From: Promethearchaeota archaeon
Lineage (GTDB): Archaea > Asgardarchaeota > Lokiarchaeia > Sigyniarchaeales > SOKP01
Reading direction: 5' to 3'
DNA: 64,000 nt
Assembly: GCA_019894975.1 (NCBI GenBank)
Contig: JAGXNO010000013.1
Span: 1-64,000 of the forward strand
Part shown: in pieces, positions 46,696 through 55,826 of the stretch
Numbering within the stretch: position 1 is the first letter of the stretch
How the letters are laid out: each line of letters starts with the position of its first letter
Notes under the pieces: generated by a model
The model's input: the letters and a program-made list of their open reading frames with translations, nothing else
Told to the model about the DNA's origin: nothing
Databases searched by the model: none
Made by a program: the position numbers and the translations under genes

Positions 46696-46884
46696 ATGAT
46701 GGAAATAAAAGTCAGTAAAGAAATTAAAGAAGAAATTCTAAAATTAATTTCTACTCCTGGAGTGGAAGTTAAGGATATTGTGGAAAAAGTGAAATTAGAT
46801 TACAACACAATAATGGACTTCTTGTCTGAAGAATATTTAAAATATGACTTCGATTATGGTAGAAGGCTCTGTTGTAGGTTTTAA
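46696..46884 (+). CDS. Small hypothetical protein (possible helix-turn-helix), ends in CCRF
   Basis: 62-aa ORF directly downstream of cheB on the same strand. Confidence 0.55.
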   Translation: MMEIKVSKEIKEEILKLISTPGVEVKDIVEKVKLDYNTIMDFLSEEYLKYDFDYGRRLCCRF

Positions 46885-47101
46885 CATTCTATAAATCTGA
46901 ATATACTTTAGTAAAATTTTTTAACTTTGTTTTATTCTAAAACTCACTAAGTTTAAAAAATATTCTTAGAAACTTAGGACGCAAATTAAAGCGGTTTCGA
47001 TATATATTAGATATTGAAATAAAGAAGTTTTACTTTAATCACGCGTTCTTAACCTTTAGATTATTTTTTAGACCAAGATAATTGAAAAAAAGTGAAATTG
47101 T

Positions 47102-47634
47102 GTGAGTACTAAAGGAAAGGTAATTGTTAAGGCACTTGTAACCGGTGGTAGTGCTTCAGGTGGGCCGCCTATTGCATAAAGCATATTGCTTTTGTGAAGT
47201 TCGGTAAAGGTCCCGCCGTAGGCCCAACTGGTATCAATATCAAAGACGTGGTCGACGAGATCAATGAAAAAACGATGGTCTTTAAAGGCTTAACTGTACC
47301 GGTCAGAATAGAATGTGATCCAGAAACCAAGCAATTTGAAATTTATATTGAAACACCTTCTACAGCATCATTACTCCTTAAAGAAGTAGGCGCAGAAAAA
47401 GGGAGCTCAGCAAGTTCAGAAAAGATAATCGGTGATCTATCACTTGATCAAATAGTTACTGTCGTTCAAGCAAAGAAGGATAAATTTCTAGAAAAGAATT
47501 TGAAGCTCGCAGTTAAATCAGTTCTAGGGACGGCTTTATCCATTGGAATAACTGTTGAGGGAGAAGATCCCAGAGAAATTCAAAAAAGAGTAGAAAGTGG
47601 AGAATTTGACGATAAAGTGAGGGGTGAACTATAA
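47102..47634 (+). CDS. rpl11: 50S ribosomal protein uL11, interrupted by a 35-nt insert: join(47102..47172,47208..47634), 165 aa
   Basis: Exon 1 GTG-STKGKVIVKALVTGGSASGGPP(I); exon 2 GPAVGPTGINI...; joining restores GPPIGPAVG; first gene of the L11-L1-L10-L12 cluster. Confidence 0.9.
47173..47207 (+). other. Candidate BHB-type mRNA intron in rpl11
   Basis: 35 nt; in-frame TAA at 47177; exon helix 47162-66/47209-13; AAA bulge 47206-08; central helix GCC/GGU; internal hairpin. Confidence 0.75.
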
Positions 47635-47636
47635 AG

Positions 47637-48365
47637 ATGAAAGTAGACGATAAATTACTAAGAAGATCTTTGGATGTAGCAATGGATTTTGCAGTCCTCA
47701 AAAAAGAAGGATTCAAAGATAAAATTCGAAAATTTGATGAATCAATTGACATTATCATTAATATCAAGGACGTAAATTTAAATGATCCAAAAAACAGGAT
47801 TGATAAAGAGATTATCCTCTCAAATGATGTAATTACTGACGATAAACCTAATATATGTGTAATTGCCTCAGATGAGATTTTACTTGAAGCAAAGAAAATT
47901 GGGGTGGATACGCTCGATTCAGAAGGGTTAATCAATTTAAACAGTGAAGAAAAGAAGTATAAAAAGAAGTTCGCGAAGAAGTATGAATTTTTTGTTGTAG
48001 AAGATAAGTTGATGCGTGATGTCGCTCGATATTTAGCAAGATTTCTTGGACCCTTAGGAAAAATGCCAAAACCTTTTCCTACAGGTTATGGAATAATATC
48101 CAGTCCGGAAGATTTACAAGTTGCTTTTGAGCGGTATAAAAAAGTGATTCGTGTTCAAATGAAAAAACAACCGATCATTTTTCTAAAAATAGGGAAGAAA
48201 TCTATGGATGCTGATAAATTATTTGAGAACATGAAAACTGTTGTTAATTTTATAGGAGATCAAATGCCCCATAAGTTCAACAACTTCAAATCCATGCATT
48301 TAAAATCAACCATGGGGAAACCAGTTAAAGTAAGTGAACAATTTTTAAATGGTATAGAGGTGTGA
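47637..48365 (+). CDS. rpl1: 50S ribosomal protein uL1
   Basis: RKFDESID, LGPLGKMP, KSTMG; operon position. Confidence 0.93.
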   Translation: MKVDDKLLRRSLDVAMDFAVLKKEGFKDKIRKFDESIDIIINIKDVNLNDPKNRIDKEIILSNDVITDDKPNICVIASDEILLEAKKIGVDTLDSEGLINLNSEEKKYKKKFAKKYEFFVVEDKLMRDVARYLARFLGPLGKMPKPFPTGYGIISSPEDLQVAFERYKKVIRVQMKKQPIIFLKIGKKSMDADKLFENMKTVVNFIGDQMPHKFNNFKSMHLKSTMGKPVKVSEQFLNGIEV

Positions 48366-48369
48366 AAAA

Positions 48370-49266
48370 ATGATTACAAAATCGCATATACCGCAGTGGA
48401 AATTAGAAGAAGTAAATAATTTAATTGAATTATTTAAAACTTATAGTAATGTCGCTGTTATAGAAGTTGCTCACCTAAATGATTTGCAAATCCAAACCAT
48501 GCGTAAGATTTTACGGGGAAAAGCTATATTTCGAATGTCGAAGAAATCTCTACAGACTAGAGCAATTGAGAAATTCAAAAAGGAATCAAAAAAGGCAAAT
48601 TTAGATGAATTGGCATCGCATATTCCGGGTCAATCAAGTCTTGTGTTCACGAATCTTGATTTAATAGAACTAAAAAGTATATTCCATGATTATGAGTGGA
48701 TGGTTCCAGCAAAACCAAATGATATCACACCTGTAGATATCTGGGTACCCGAGGGAGATACGGGATTACCAACTGGTCAAGTTATTAGTGAGTTAAACAT
48801 GACTTTAAAGCTCCCTACAAGGATCATGAATGATACAATACACATACGTGAGGATACAAGAACTCATAAGGCAGGAGATCTGGTGAGTGTAAAACAAGCA
48901 GCTGTGTTGAAAAAACTTGGTATTACCCCCATAGAATCTTTAATTAAGATTCACTTCGCTTGGGCTGATGGTGAAATTATCCCAGAAGATGTTTTATATA
49001 TGGATATGGATCAATTCAAACGTGATGTGGTAACAGGATATAGAGAAGCACTTGCTATTCTCTTTGAAATGCCCTTTATTGAAGGAAGCATGACAGAAGA
49101 ATATCTTCGTAAGGCTGTATCTGAAGCTAACACTATCGAAGCGATGTTATTTGGAGAGGGTATTCCTACCCCTACTGAACCAGAAGCAAAGAAAGAAGAG
49201 AAGAAGAAGGACGATGAAGAGGAGGAACCGGGTGAGGAAGTTGGCATTGGAGGATTGTTTGGATAA
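48370..49266 (+). CDS. rpl10: 50S ribosomal protein uL10 (P0)
   Basis: IPQWK, MRKILRG, LKKLGITP, acidic tail ending GIGGLFG. Confidence 0.93.
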   Translation: MITKSHIPQWKLEEVNNLIELFKTYSNVAVIEVAHLNDLQIQTMRKILRGKAIFRMSKKSLQTRAIEKFKKESKKANLDELASHIPGQSSLVFTNLDLIELKSIFHDYEWMVPAKPNDITPVDIWVPEGDTGLPTGQVISELNMTLKLPTRIMNDTIHIREDTRTHKAGDLVSVKQAAVLKKLGITPIESLIKIHFAWADGEIIPEDVLYMDMDQFKRDVVTGYREALAILFEMPFIEGSMTEEYLRKAVSEANTIEAMLFGEGIPTPTEPEAKKEEKKKDDEEEEPGEEVGIGGLFG

Positions 49267-49342
49267 TTAAATATGATTTTTTTAAAGTTCAATCAAAAAT
49301 ACAAATATAATGTTAAAAAAAATATAATAGAGGTTAAAAAAT

Positions 49343-49630
49343 ATGGAAAGTATCTATGCTGCATTATTGCTTCATAAAGTTGGTGGAAAAATTTCAGAAG
49401 CAAGTGTAGAAAAAGTATTAACTGCTGCCGGTGGGAAAGCTGATAAAGATGAAATCGCAAAACTTATCGCCGGTTTAAAAGAAACCAAAATTGATGACAT
49501 CATTAAGTCTGCTGGCTCAATGCCAGTGATGGCTGCCCCAGCTGGAGATAAAAAGGAAGCAAAGAAAGAAAAGAAAAAGAAAGAAGAAGAAGTTGAAGAA
49601 GAACCTACAGGTATCGGATCGCTCTTTTAA
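49343..49630 (+). CDS. rpl12: Ribosomal stalk protein P1/L12 (archaeal)
   Basis: MESIYAALLLH; acidic tail GIGSLF. Confidence 0.93.
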   Translation: MESIYAALLLHKVGGKISEASVEKVLTAAGGKADKDEIAKLIAGLKETKIDDIIKSAGSMPVMAAPAGDKKEAKKEKKKKEEEVEEEPTGIGSLF

Positions 49631-49647
49631 ATTAAACGAATAACTTA

Positions 49648-49676
49648 TTTTTTTATTTATTTTTTTACAATTTTTT
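49648..49676 (+). terminator. Oligo-T terminator-like tract after rpl12
   Basis: Consecutive T runs right after the last gene of the cluster. Confidence 0.45.
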
Positions 49677-49855
49677 ATGACTTATCATTTATTTACTGTT
49701 TTTTAGAAATATCTAGTTAAGTAGCTCCCTAAATCAAAAACTTTTTTTAAAATTCTATTTTTTTTTAATTACAGTTTAAATTAATGAAACTGAAAATTAT
49801 ATTTTTGTAAGATTTACGTTAATCTACTTAAAAAAACTCACATTGTTGATAAAAA

Positions 49856-51319
49856 ATGGCTGGCAAATTTCTTAAATTCTTTTCACCGTTCGTAAGAGCC
49901 ATGCCAGAAATCAAAAATCCTCAACGTGAAGTTTCATTTAAAGAAAAATTCATTTGGACCGGAGTTGTTCTTATTGTCTATTTAATTATGTCCAATATTC
50001 CTCTTTATGGGATTGATATTGCAGAATCAACAGATTATTTTTATTGGTTACGGGTAATTCTCGCCAGCCAAAGAGGTACACTCACAGAACTAGGTATTGG
50101 TCCTATTGTAACCTCAGGACTTATAATGCAATTACTTCTAGGATCTCGAATTATCAATGTGGATATGGCTGATCCATACGATAGAGCATTATTTAGTGGA
50201 TCTCAGAAAGTTCTTGCTATGTTTCTAACAGCATTTAACTCCATCGCTTATCTTTTTGGAGGGGCTTTTGGTAATCTATCCAATATTGGAATTCAAAAGG
50301 GACTTTTTATTTTTGTGCAACTATTATTCTCAGGAGTAATTATTATCTTACTCGATGAGGTGCTTCAAAAAGGGTGGGGGCTTGGAAGTGGTGTGTCCTT
50401 ATTTATTGCTGCTGGTGTATCAGGTCAAATCTTTTGGAATATGTTTAGTTTTATTGAGGGTCCAGATGGTATACCAAGAGGTATCATCATTGCTTTCTTT
50501 TCAGTCTTATTTGATGGCAATCCCAATACTGATATAGGAGATATTGCACTTAGACAACAACTTCCTTCGCTGCTAGGAATTGTAACAACCGTTATGATTC
50601 TCTTTATAGTCATATGGTTTGAATCAACCCGTGTTGAAATTCCTCTTACTTACAGAGGCTATCGAGGTTATAAAGGGAAATATCCGATGAAACTGCTGTA
50701 TGTGTCCAATATCCCCGTGATATTGGTCAATGCTTTATACGCGAATATTCTGTTTTTTGGGCAATTAATAGCTGGTCCGGGATCGGGTCTTCGTGGTGGG
50801 GATTTCGATTTCTGGATCAACTTAATTGGAGTTTTTGAAAACCCAGAAGTAGGAGGTGGTATGGGAACTCAATTAATACCTAAATCAGGGATAATTTATC
50901 TACTCACGCCCCCGCTCGGGCTCGACCAATTAATAGCAGATCCGTTTAGAGCTGTAATTTATTTATTCATTTTTATTGGGCTCTGTATTATGCTTGGAAA
51001 GGTTTGGGTCGAAGTGAGTGGGCTAGCGCCGCGTGATATCGCAGGACAGATAATCGATTCACAAATGCAGGTGCCCGGATTCAGAAGCTCCGAAAAAGTA
51101 CTAGAAAAGATACTGAAAAGGTATATTCCAACTCTTGTCATCATCAACGGTATCCTGATTGCAGTTCTCAGCTTCTTTGCAGATAGTTTGGGGGCGCTCA
51201 CCTCTGGCACTGGACTTTTAATTAGCATAGGCATAATTCATCAATATGGTGAGACTTTAGCTAAGGAAATGGCTGCTTCACAGTACCCGGGACTCCGAGG
51301 GATGCTTGGGATGGATTAG
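49856..51319 (+). CDS. secY: Preprotein translocase SecY/Sec61-alpha
   Basis: ELGIGPIVT, KGWGLGSGVSLFI, LLYVSNIP, GFR, SGTGLL. Confidence 0.96.
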   Translation: MAGKFLKFFSPFVRAMPEIKNPQREVSFKEKFIWTGVVLIVYLIMSNIPLYGIDIAESTDYFYWLRVILASQRGTLTELGIGPIVTSGLIMQLLLGSRIINVDMADPYDRALFSGSQKVLAMFLTAFNSIAYLFGGAFGNLSNIGIQKGLFIFVQLLFSGVIIILLDEVLQKGWGLGSGVSLFIAAGVSGQIFWNMFSFIEGPDGIPRGIIIAFFSVLFDGNPNTDIGDIALRQQLPSLLGIVTTVMILFIVIWFESTRVEIPLTYRGYRGYKGKYPMKLLYVSNIPVILVNALYANILFFGQLIAGPGSGLRGGDFDFWINLIGVFENPEVGGGMGTQLIPKSGIIYLLTPPLGLDQLIADPFRAVIYLFIFIGLCIMLGKVWVEVSGLAPRDIAGQIIDSQMQVPGFRSSEKVLEKILKRYIPTLVIINGILIAVLSFFADSLGALTSGTGLLISIGIIHQYGETLAKEMAASQYPGLRGMLGMD

Positions 51320-51399
51320 CGATAACTTCAAATCATTCTGGATAATCTCCTCCACGTAATCCTTTAATAAATAACTTTCTCGTTTTGATAATACCATAA

Positions 51400-52056
51400 T
51401 TAATGTGAAATCTGATTGCGGAAACTGTCGAAAATTAGCGCGGTTCCTATTAATAAGATTATTGTTGAAGTAATATTAAGTATATCTATCGAAAACATTT
51501 CTGGTTTTAAAATACTTCCCAATCCAATGAAAATTACACCTGAAATCACTTTCAAAGATTTCAGTTTTGGCGTTCCTGTATTTTTTAAAAGTATGAGAAA
51601 TAATAAATAAGGAATGAATGAGGTGCTAGTCAAAATACATATTAATATAATATTTGGGAGACCCGTGAAGCTTACAATAAGAACTATAATTAATGGGATT
51701 ATTCCTGCAAAGTGATGTCTTTCATAAGTAATCTTATTCATTACTTTCTCCAAATGTATAATTTTATTCCAAAAGGGAAAGAACAACAATAAAATCCTGA
51801 TTCTAAGTAGAAAATCGTGAGTAACAGAATCTATTGGTAAAAAAACTGAGAGAATTTTCATAAGATTTTCAACAGCTATAATAAAAAAGAAGATTTCCCA
51901 AGAAAATAAGTCGTTATAAAAGTGAAAGTCTTTTTCTTTGGAGAATTTCTTTGAAATATACAGCATATTAATGATAATTAGAGCTATTGATACGGATAAA
52001 ACCACATTGACTAAAAATAATAAAGCTCCGGTAAGGACAATATCCAATTTTATCAC
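51400..52056 (-). CDS. Hypothetical multi-pass membrane protein
   Basis: About 6-7 hydrophobic segments. Confidence 0.65.
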   Translation of the reverse strand: MIKLDIVLTGALLFLVNVVLSVSIALIIINMLYISKKFSKEKDFHFYNDLFSWEIFFFIIAVENLMKILSVFLPIDSVTHDFLLRIRILLLFFPFWNKIIHLEKVMNKITYERHHFAGIIPLIIVLIVSFTGLPNIILICILTSTSFIPYLLFLILLKNTGTPKLKSLKVISGVIFIGLGSILKPEMFSIDILNITSTIILLIGTALIFDSFRNQISH

Positions 52057-53339
52057 TCTAGTAAATGAAATAATACGATTGGTACTAAATTTCCTTCAAG
52101 GGATACTCGCTCATTATTGGCACGATTTACCAGATTATTTGCTGTAGTATTTATCGACTGTTCAGCAGAATCGAGATTGAACAATTTCCTATATTTTTGA
52201 TCATCTGGGTTTGATATTATTTTCTTTTTCCATTTCAAACCTAGAGCATTTGCCTGTAATTGTAGCCCTGCTAAAGCCATTCCAGCCTCTACTTCAGCCC
52301 AATACTTAAGATTCATAATTCTGTGTATTAATCCGGCACAAGGTTTTTTTCGATCAATACATAATAATATGGCATAATTAGAGAAACTCATATCAAACTC
52401 CTTTTCAATCTCAACGCTGGGAGTCCCAGAGCTAAATTTCTGTATAAAATGATCATATGTTATGGTTCCATTAACCTTAACCCACCTATTTAATGCAGAA
52501 TACCCGACTGGATTATAATGATATGATCCATCAGGCACATTAGCAAGATTCTTTACATAAACTATTGGATATACTGCATATCCAGCACATCCTGATGCAT
52601 GGACACGACCAAAACCATTTTTCTCTAAAGCATCACGATTTCCATGAGTTGCATGATCGTTTTCCCCTTGGCAAGCCCAGAGCAGTTGAGAGATTTGGTG
52701 TAGATTTGTATGATTCGGTGACTTTTCATCAACCCGATTAAAAATAGCATCATCTAGTTGAATGCCTTTATACGTATTCTCATAGATTGCGCGATCTTTG
52801 TAGCAAGTCGGAGTGTCGAGTAAGATCGTACCCTCAGCTACTTTTTTTTGAAGAGGTTCTGCAGTATCTTTCATTAACGCTGCCCTATCTCTTTCTCGAA
52901 CTGCTACCGAATATAAGAAGGAGTAATTTTGATTTGTTACATTGTTAACGAGTTTATTATATTTTTTAGGCGCTCTTGCCCGTTGAGATACACCCAAACC
53001 TATACTATCCACTTTTAATGAGAGGTATTGCCATGTAATCCCTACCCGAATTAAATCCTCGAACTCAATAGATTCCTTCCAAAACAATTCGGGATACAGT
53101 TCCATAGTCGATTTAGTTTTTTCTTTATCAGTTAATCGAACCAAACCATCGTTATTATATTTATATATCCCTCCAGTGTAATCTTCCCCATTAGGTAACA
53201 CAACAAATAGAGAATTTGAAGGTGCTGCTTGAAATGTAGAATTACATATTTCTTTAATAACAGATAATTGCAATACGCGTCCTTCACCTGAGCAATCTTT
53301 ACGCCTTGCTAAACACTCTTGAAGACTCATTTCATACAC
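52053..53339 (-). CDS. SagB/ThcOx-like nitroreductase-fold protein, apparently two tandem domains
   Basis: SQLLWACQG, RVHASG, GSYHYNP, EAGMA..LQLQANALGL; degenerate N-terminal copy (SLQECLARR, AAPS, GIYKY). Confidence 0.6.
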   Translation of the reverse strand: MYEMSLQECLARRKDCSGEGRVLQLSVIKEICNSTFQAAPSNSLFVVLPNGEDYTGGIYKYNNDGLVRLTDKEKTKSTMELYPELFWKESIEFEDLIRVGITWQYLSLKVDSIGLGVSQRARAPKKYNKLVNNVTNQNYSFLYSVAVRERDRAALMKDTAEPLQKKVAEGTILLDTPTCYKDRAIYENTYKGIQLDDAIFNRVDEKSPNHTNLHQISQLLWACQGENDHATHGNRDALEKNGFGRVHASGCAGYAVYPIVYVKNLANVPDGSYHYNPVGYSALNRWVKVNGTITYDHFIQKFSSGTPSVEIEKEFDMSFSNYAILLCIDRKKPCAGLIHRIMNLKYWAEVEAGMALAGLQLQANALGLKWKKKIISNPDDQKYRKLFNLDSAEQSINTTANNLVNRANNERVSLEGNLVPIVLFHLLE

Positions 53340-53515
53340 TAAACTAATTTTAATTAAATAATTATAATAAGAAGATTAGTGTATTACTTCAAAACTTTTT
53401 TGACTTTTAAAAATAGTAAAAAAAATTAGAATCTAATCATGATTTCAAGTTTCAGATTCAAATCAGAATCCATCTATAAAGTTTAAAATGTTTTCAATAT
53501 AATGTAATATTAGAT

Positions 53516-54115
53516 ATGCTGTTATTAATTTTTAAAAATGCTTTTGAAGAATGGATTTCGGCTCCTCCAGGTTCAATGCTTTTCGTGTTGGTATTAGCGA
53601 TGACTACAGCTCTAATTAGTGCTGGTTTAACAAAATGGTTAGTAGATACTGAAGAAGTCTCACGTAAACAAGTACAAATTAAGGGGCACGACGAAGAGAA
53701 AGCAAAAATAATTGATTTAGCAGAAGTTGATCCTGAGCGTTATAGGAAACAACGTAAAAGATGGGAGCGTAAAGATACTATGTTAAAGCAAACGCAACAA
53801 AAGATGTCTCTCCAACGATTAAAACCTACGTGTATAACGTTTCTTCCAATGATTATTATATTTGGTCTATTAAATGCAATATTTAGAGGTGCACATGTGG
53901 CTCTCAGCCCTATGCATGCGAATGATGTTCCTATTATAGGAGGTTTCATAAGTTCAGGTAAGGTTTGGTTAAATTTTACTTCGTGGTATTTCTTGTGTTC
54001 ATTAGGAATTAATACATTGATTCAAAGACTCCTTGGACTTCAAACTCAAGCTTCAGGAGGAATGGGGCAAATGATGGGCACTTCGAAAGCTAAAGGTTTG
54101 GAATTTCCCGATTAA
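53516..54115 (+). CDS. EMC3/TMCO1 (DUF106, Oxa1-superfamily) membrane insertase
   Basis: TM - coiled coil - KPTCITFLP - WYFLCS architecture; near secY and eL34. Confidence 0.88.
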   Translation: MLLLIFKNAFEEWISAPPGSMLFVLVLAMTTALISAGLTKWLVDTEEVSRKQVQIKGHDEEKAKIIDLAEVDPERYRKQRKRWERKDTMLKQTQQKMSLQRLKPTCITFLPMIIIFGLLNAIFRGAHVALSPMHANDVPIIGGFISSGKVWLNFTSWYFLCSLGINTLIQRLLGLQTQASGGMGQMMGTSKAKGLEFPD

Positions 54116-54189
54116 TATAATTAACCGTAACTAATTATAATTTTATAAACTAAATCTTAACTTTATTAGTGTTCCAAAATATAAAAAAG

Positions 54190-54290
54190 CGCAGACAGAG
54201 GGATTCGAACCCTCGGGTGCATTCACACACTGGCTTTCAGGGAATAATTCCGTTCCAGGCCAGCGCCGTACCAGGCTAGGCAATGTCTGC
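54190..54290 (-). tRNA. tRNA-Ser(GGA) with 17-nt intron at 37/38 (54236-54252)
   Basis: Acceptor GCAGACA/TGTCTGC, anticodon stem CTGGC/GCCAG, long variable arm, GAGGG-TTCGAAT-CCCTC, discriminator G; 84 nt spliced. Confidence 0.95.
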
Positions 54291-54435
54291 AAAAATTTAA
54301 AACTAATTTTATTTACTACATTTTCAATATAACATTCTAAAATTTTAATATTTTATTATAGTAGCAAGATAATGATAGTATGAAATTGAGATTAGAACGA
54401 TTTTGAGAAAAAAAAAAAAATAATAAATATAAATA

Positions 54436-54708
54436 TTATTTAATAGGAATGGAAATGGTTTCATTCATCTTTTTATCCAATTTAGCCTTTTTAATAGCAG
54501 CTTCAACATCCTCATGTTTAGCGCCTTTCTTGATGTCAATTGTATCTGTTAATGGTTCAATATGGTTGAAATTGACTCTTCTTCTTCTAACCTTTAAACC
54601 ATCAATTAATAAATAATTCTTATCAATAACATCAACAATAATGCAATAATGACCCGCTTCTCTTCCCATAGTCTTGACACAGAGTCTTCCTATATCATAA
54701 ACGCTCAT
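54436..54708 (-). CDS. rpl14e: 50S ribosomal protein eL14
   Basis: IGRLCVKTMGREAG, VRRRRVNFNHIEP; ATG 54708 preferred over TTG 54723. Confidence 0.93.
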   Translation of the reverse strand: MSVYDIGRLCVKTMGREAGHYCIIVDVIDKNYLLIDGLKVRRRRVNFNHIEPLTDTIDIKKGAKHEDVEAAIKKAKLDKKMNETISIPIK

Positions 54709-54833
54709 ATAATTTGTCACCAAACTATTTAAATCATAACTGGTTTTGGTTATTCCAGTAAATTATTCAATTTTTTAGTAAGATTTTAAATTTATCCCCA
54801 AATAAATTGTTTTTGATTTTTAGTAAGTTCAAA

Positions 54834-55376
54834 TCATTTTTTTTTTTTCTTTAGCTTAGTGAGGATTTTATCTGCAATTTCTTCAATAGTCAAGTTGCTA
54901 GTATCTATTATCAAATCATAAATCTCTGAATTCTTCTTAGAATCATTCAGATCAATTATATAAAGTTCTTTAAATCTCTCTAATTCTGATTCTTCTCTCA
55001 TTAACGTCTCTTTTAACTTTTCATCGTATGAGGTATGATCTCTCTCAATCATTCGTTGGATTCTTATATTTAGTGGACAAGTTAATAAGATTTTTAAATC
55101 TGCTACTGATTTCAGAAAATAAGCACTTAATTGACTGTCAATAATAACATTACCTATTAGTGCGATTTCATTTATTTTATCGTCTAATTTCTTATCGATT
55201 TCAGGATTTTTTTCTGCGTGCTCTGAGAATTCTTCTAAAGTTAAATTCATTTCTTTTGCAAGATCTCTAAATGCTTGTCCAGTACTGTAATATTTGATCT
55301 CTAGTTTTTGAGCAATCAATTTCCCTATTGTGCTTTTTCCAGTTCCATGAAGTCCTGAAATTGTTATTAGAAACAT
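54834..55376 (-). CDS. cmk: Cytidylate kinase (archaeal type)
   Basis: ITISGLHGTGKST, STGQAFR, YDLIIDTS; between eL34 and eL14. Confidence 0.9.
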   Translation of the reverse strand: MFLITISGLHGTGKSTIGKLIAQKLEIKYYSTGQAFRDLAKEMNLTLEEFSEHAEKNPEIDKKLDDKINEIALIGNVIIDSQLSAYFLKSVADLKILLTCPLNIRIQRMIERDHTSYDEKLKETLMREESELERFKELYIIDLNDSKKNSEIYDLIIDTSNLTIEEIADKILTKLKKKKK

Positions 55377-55465
55377 TTTTTTAAATTAAAGTATTAGTTT
55401 TATTTCAAATCAATTAATGAAGTAATCGTATTTAAATAATAAATTAAGACCAAATGAAAAAGAGA

Positions 55466-55735
55466 TTACTGATTCCACACTGCCTTTTTTATTAATGTCT
55501 GCAAGCAGTTAGCACAATACCTACCACTTTCCATTCTATTTGCTCTTCTGGCAGTTTTGTTAGTTTTCCCCATCTCAGTGGGCCGTACTCTTGGAATAGA
55601 TTGGAGGGGTTTTTTACAAATAGCACATTGTGCTCTAGAAGGTTTTTTTCGCCAATAGTGGGTTACATTTTCATTCCCGGGAGTTCTTATTTTTTTCCTA
55701 GCTTGAGCTTTGGATCTTAAACCTGGACGTGGAAT
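55466..55735 (-). CDS. rpl34e: 50S ribosomal protein eL34, 89 aa, ATT start (not in the ORF track)
   Basis: PRPGLRS..RTPG..HY.RKKP..AQCAICKKPL..YCANCL; no in-frame ATG/GTG/TTG between the upstream TAA (55760-62) and this N-terminus. Confidence 0.93.
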   Translation of the reverse strand: MPRPGLRSKAQARKKIRTPGNENVTHYWRKKPSRAQCAICKKPLQSIPRVRPTEMGKTNKTARRANRMESGRYCANCLQTLIKKAVWNQ

Positions 55736-55826
55736 AATAATTACCTTTAAACTATAATTTTAAAGCGTTTGTATTAGGCTAATATAATTTTAAAGCAAAG
55801 AAAGAATATTAATTTTATTGTTTTAA

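Noticed and set aside
47173-47208. rpl11 insert as a transposon footprint or a translational-bypass gap
   Set aside because: No target-site duplication and no matched take-off/landing codons; the BHB-like fold explains it better, though this is unproven
47194-47634. uL11 starting at GTG 47194 as in the ORF track
   Set aside because: This GTG lies inside the insert and would drop the conserved N-terminus encoded at 47102-47172
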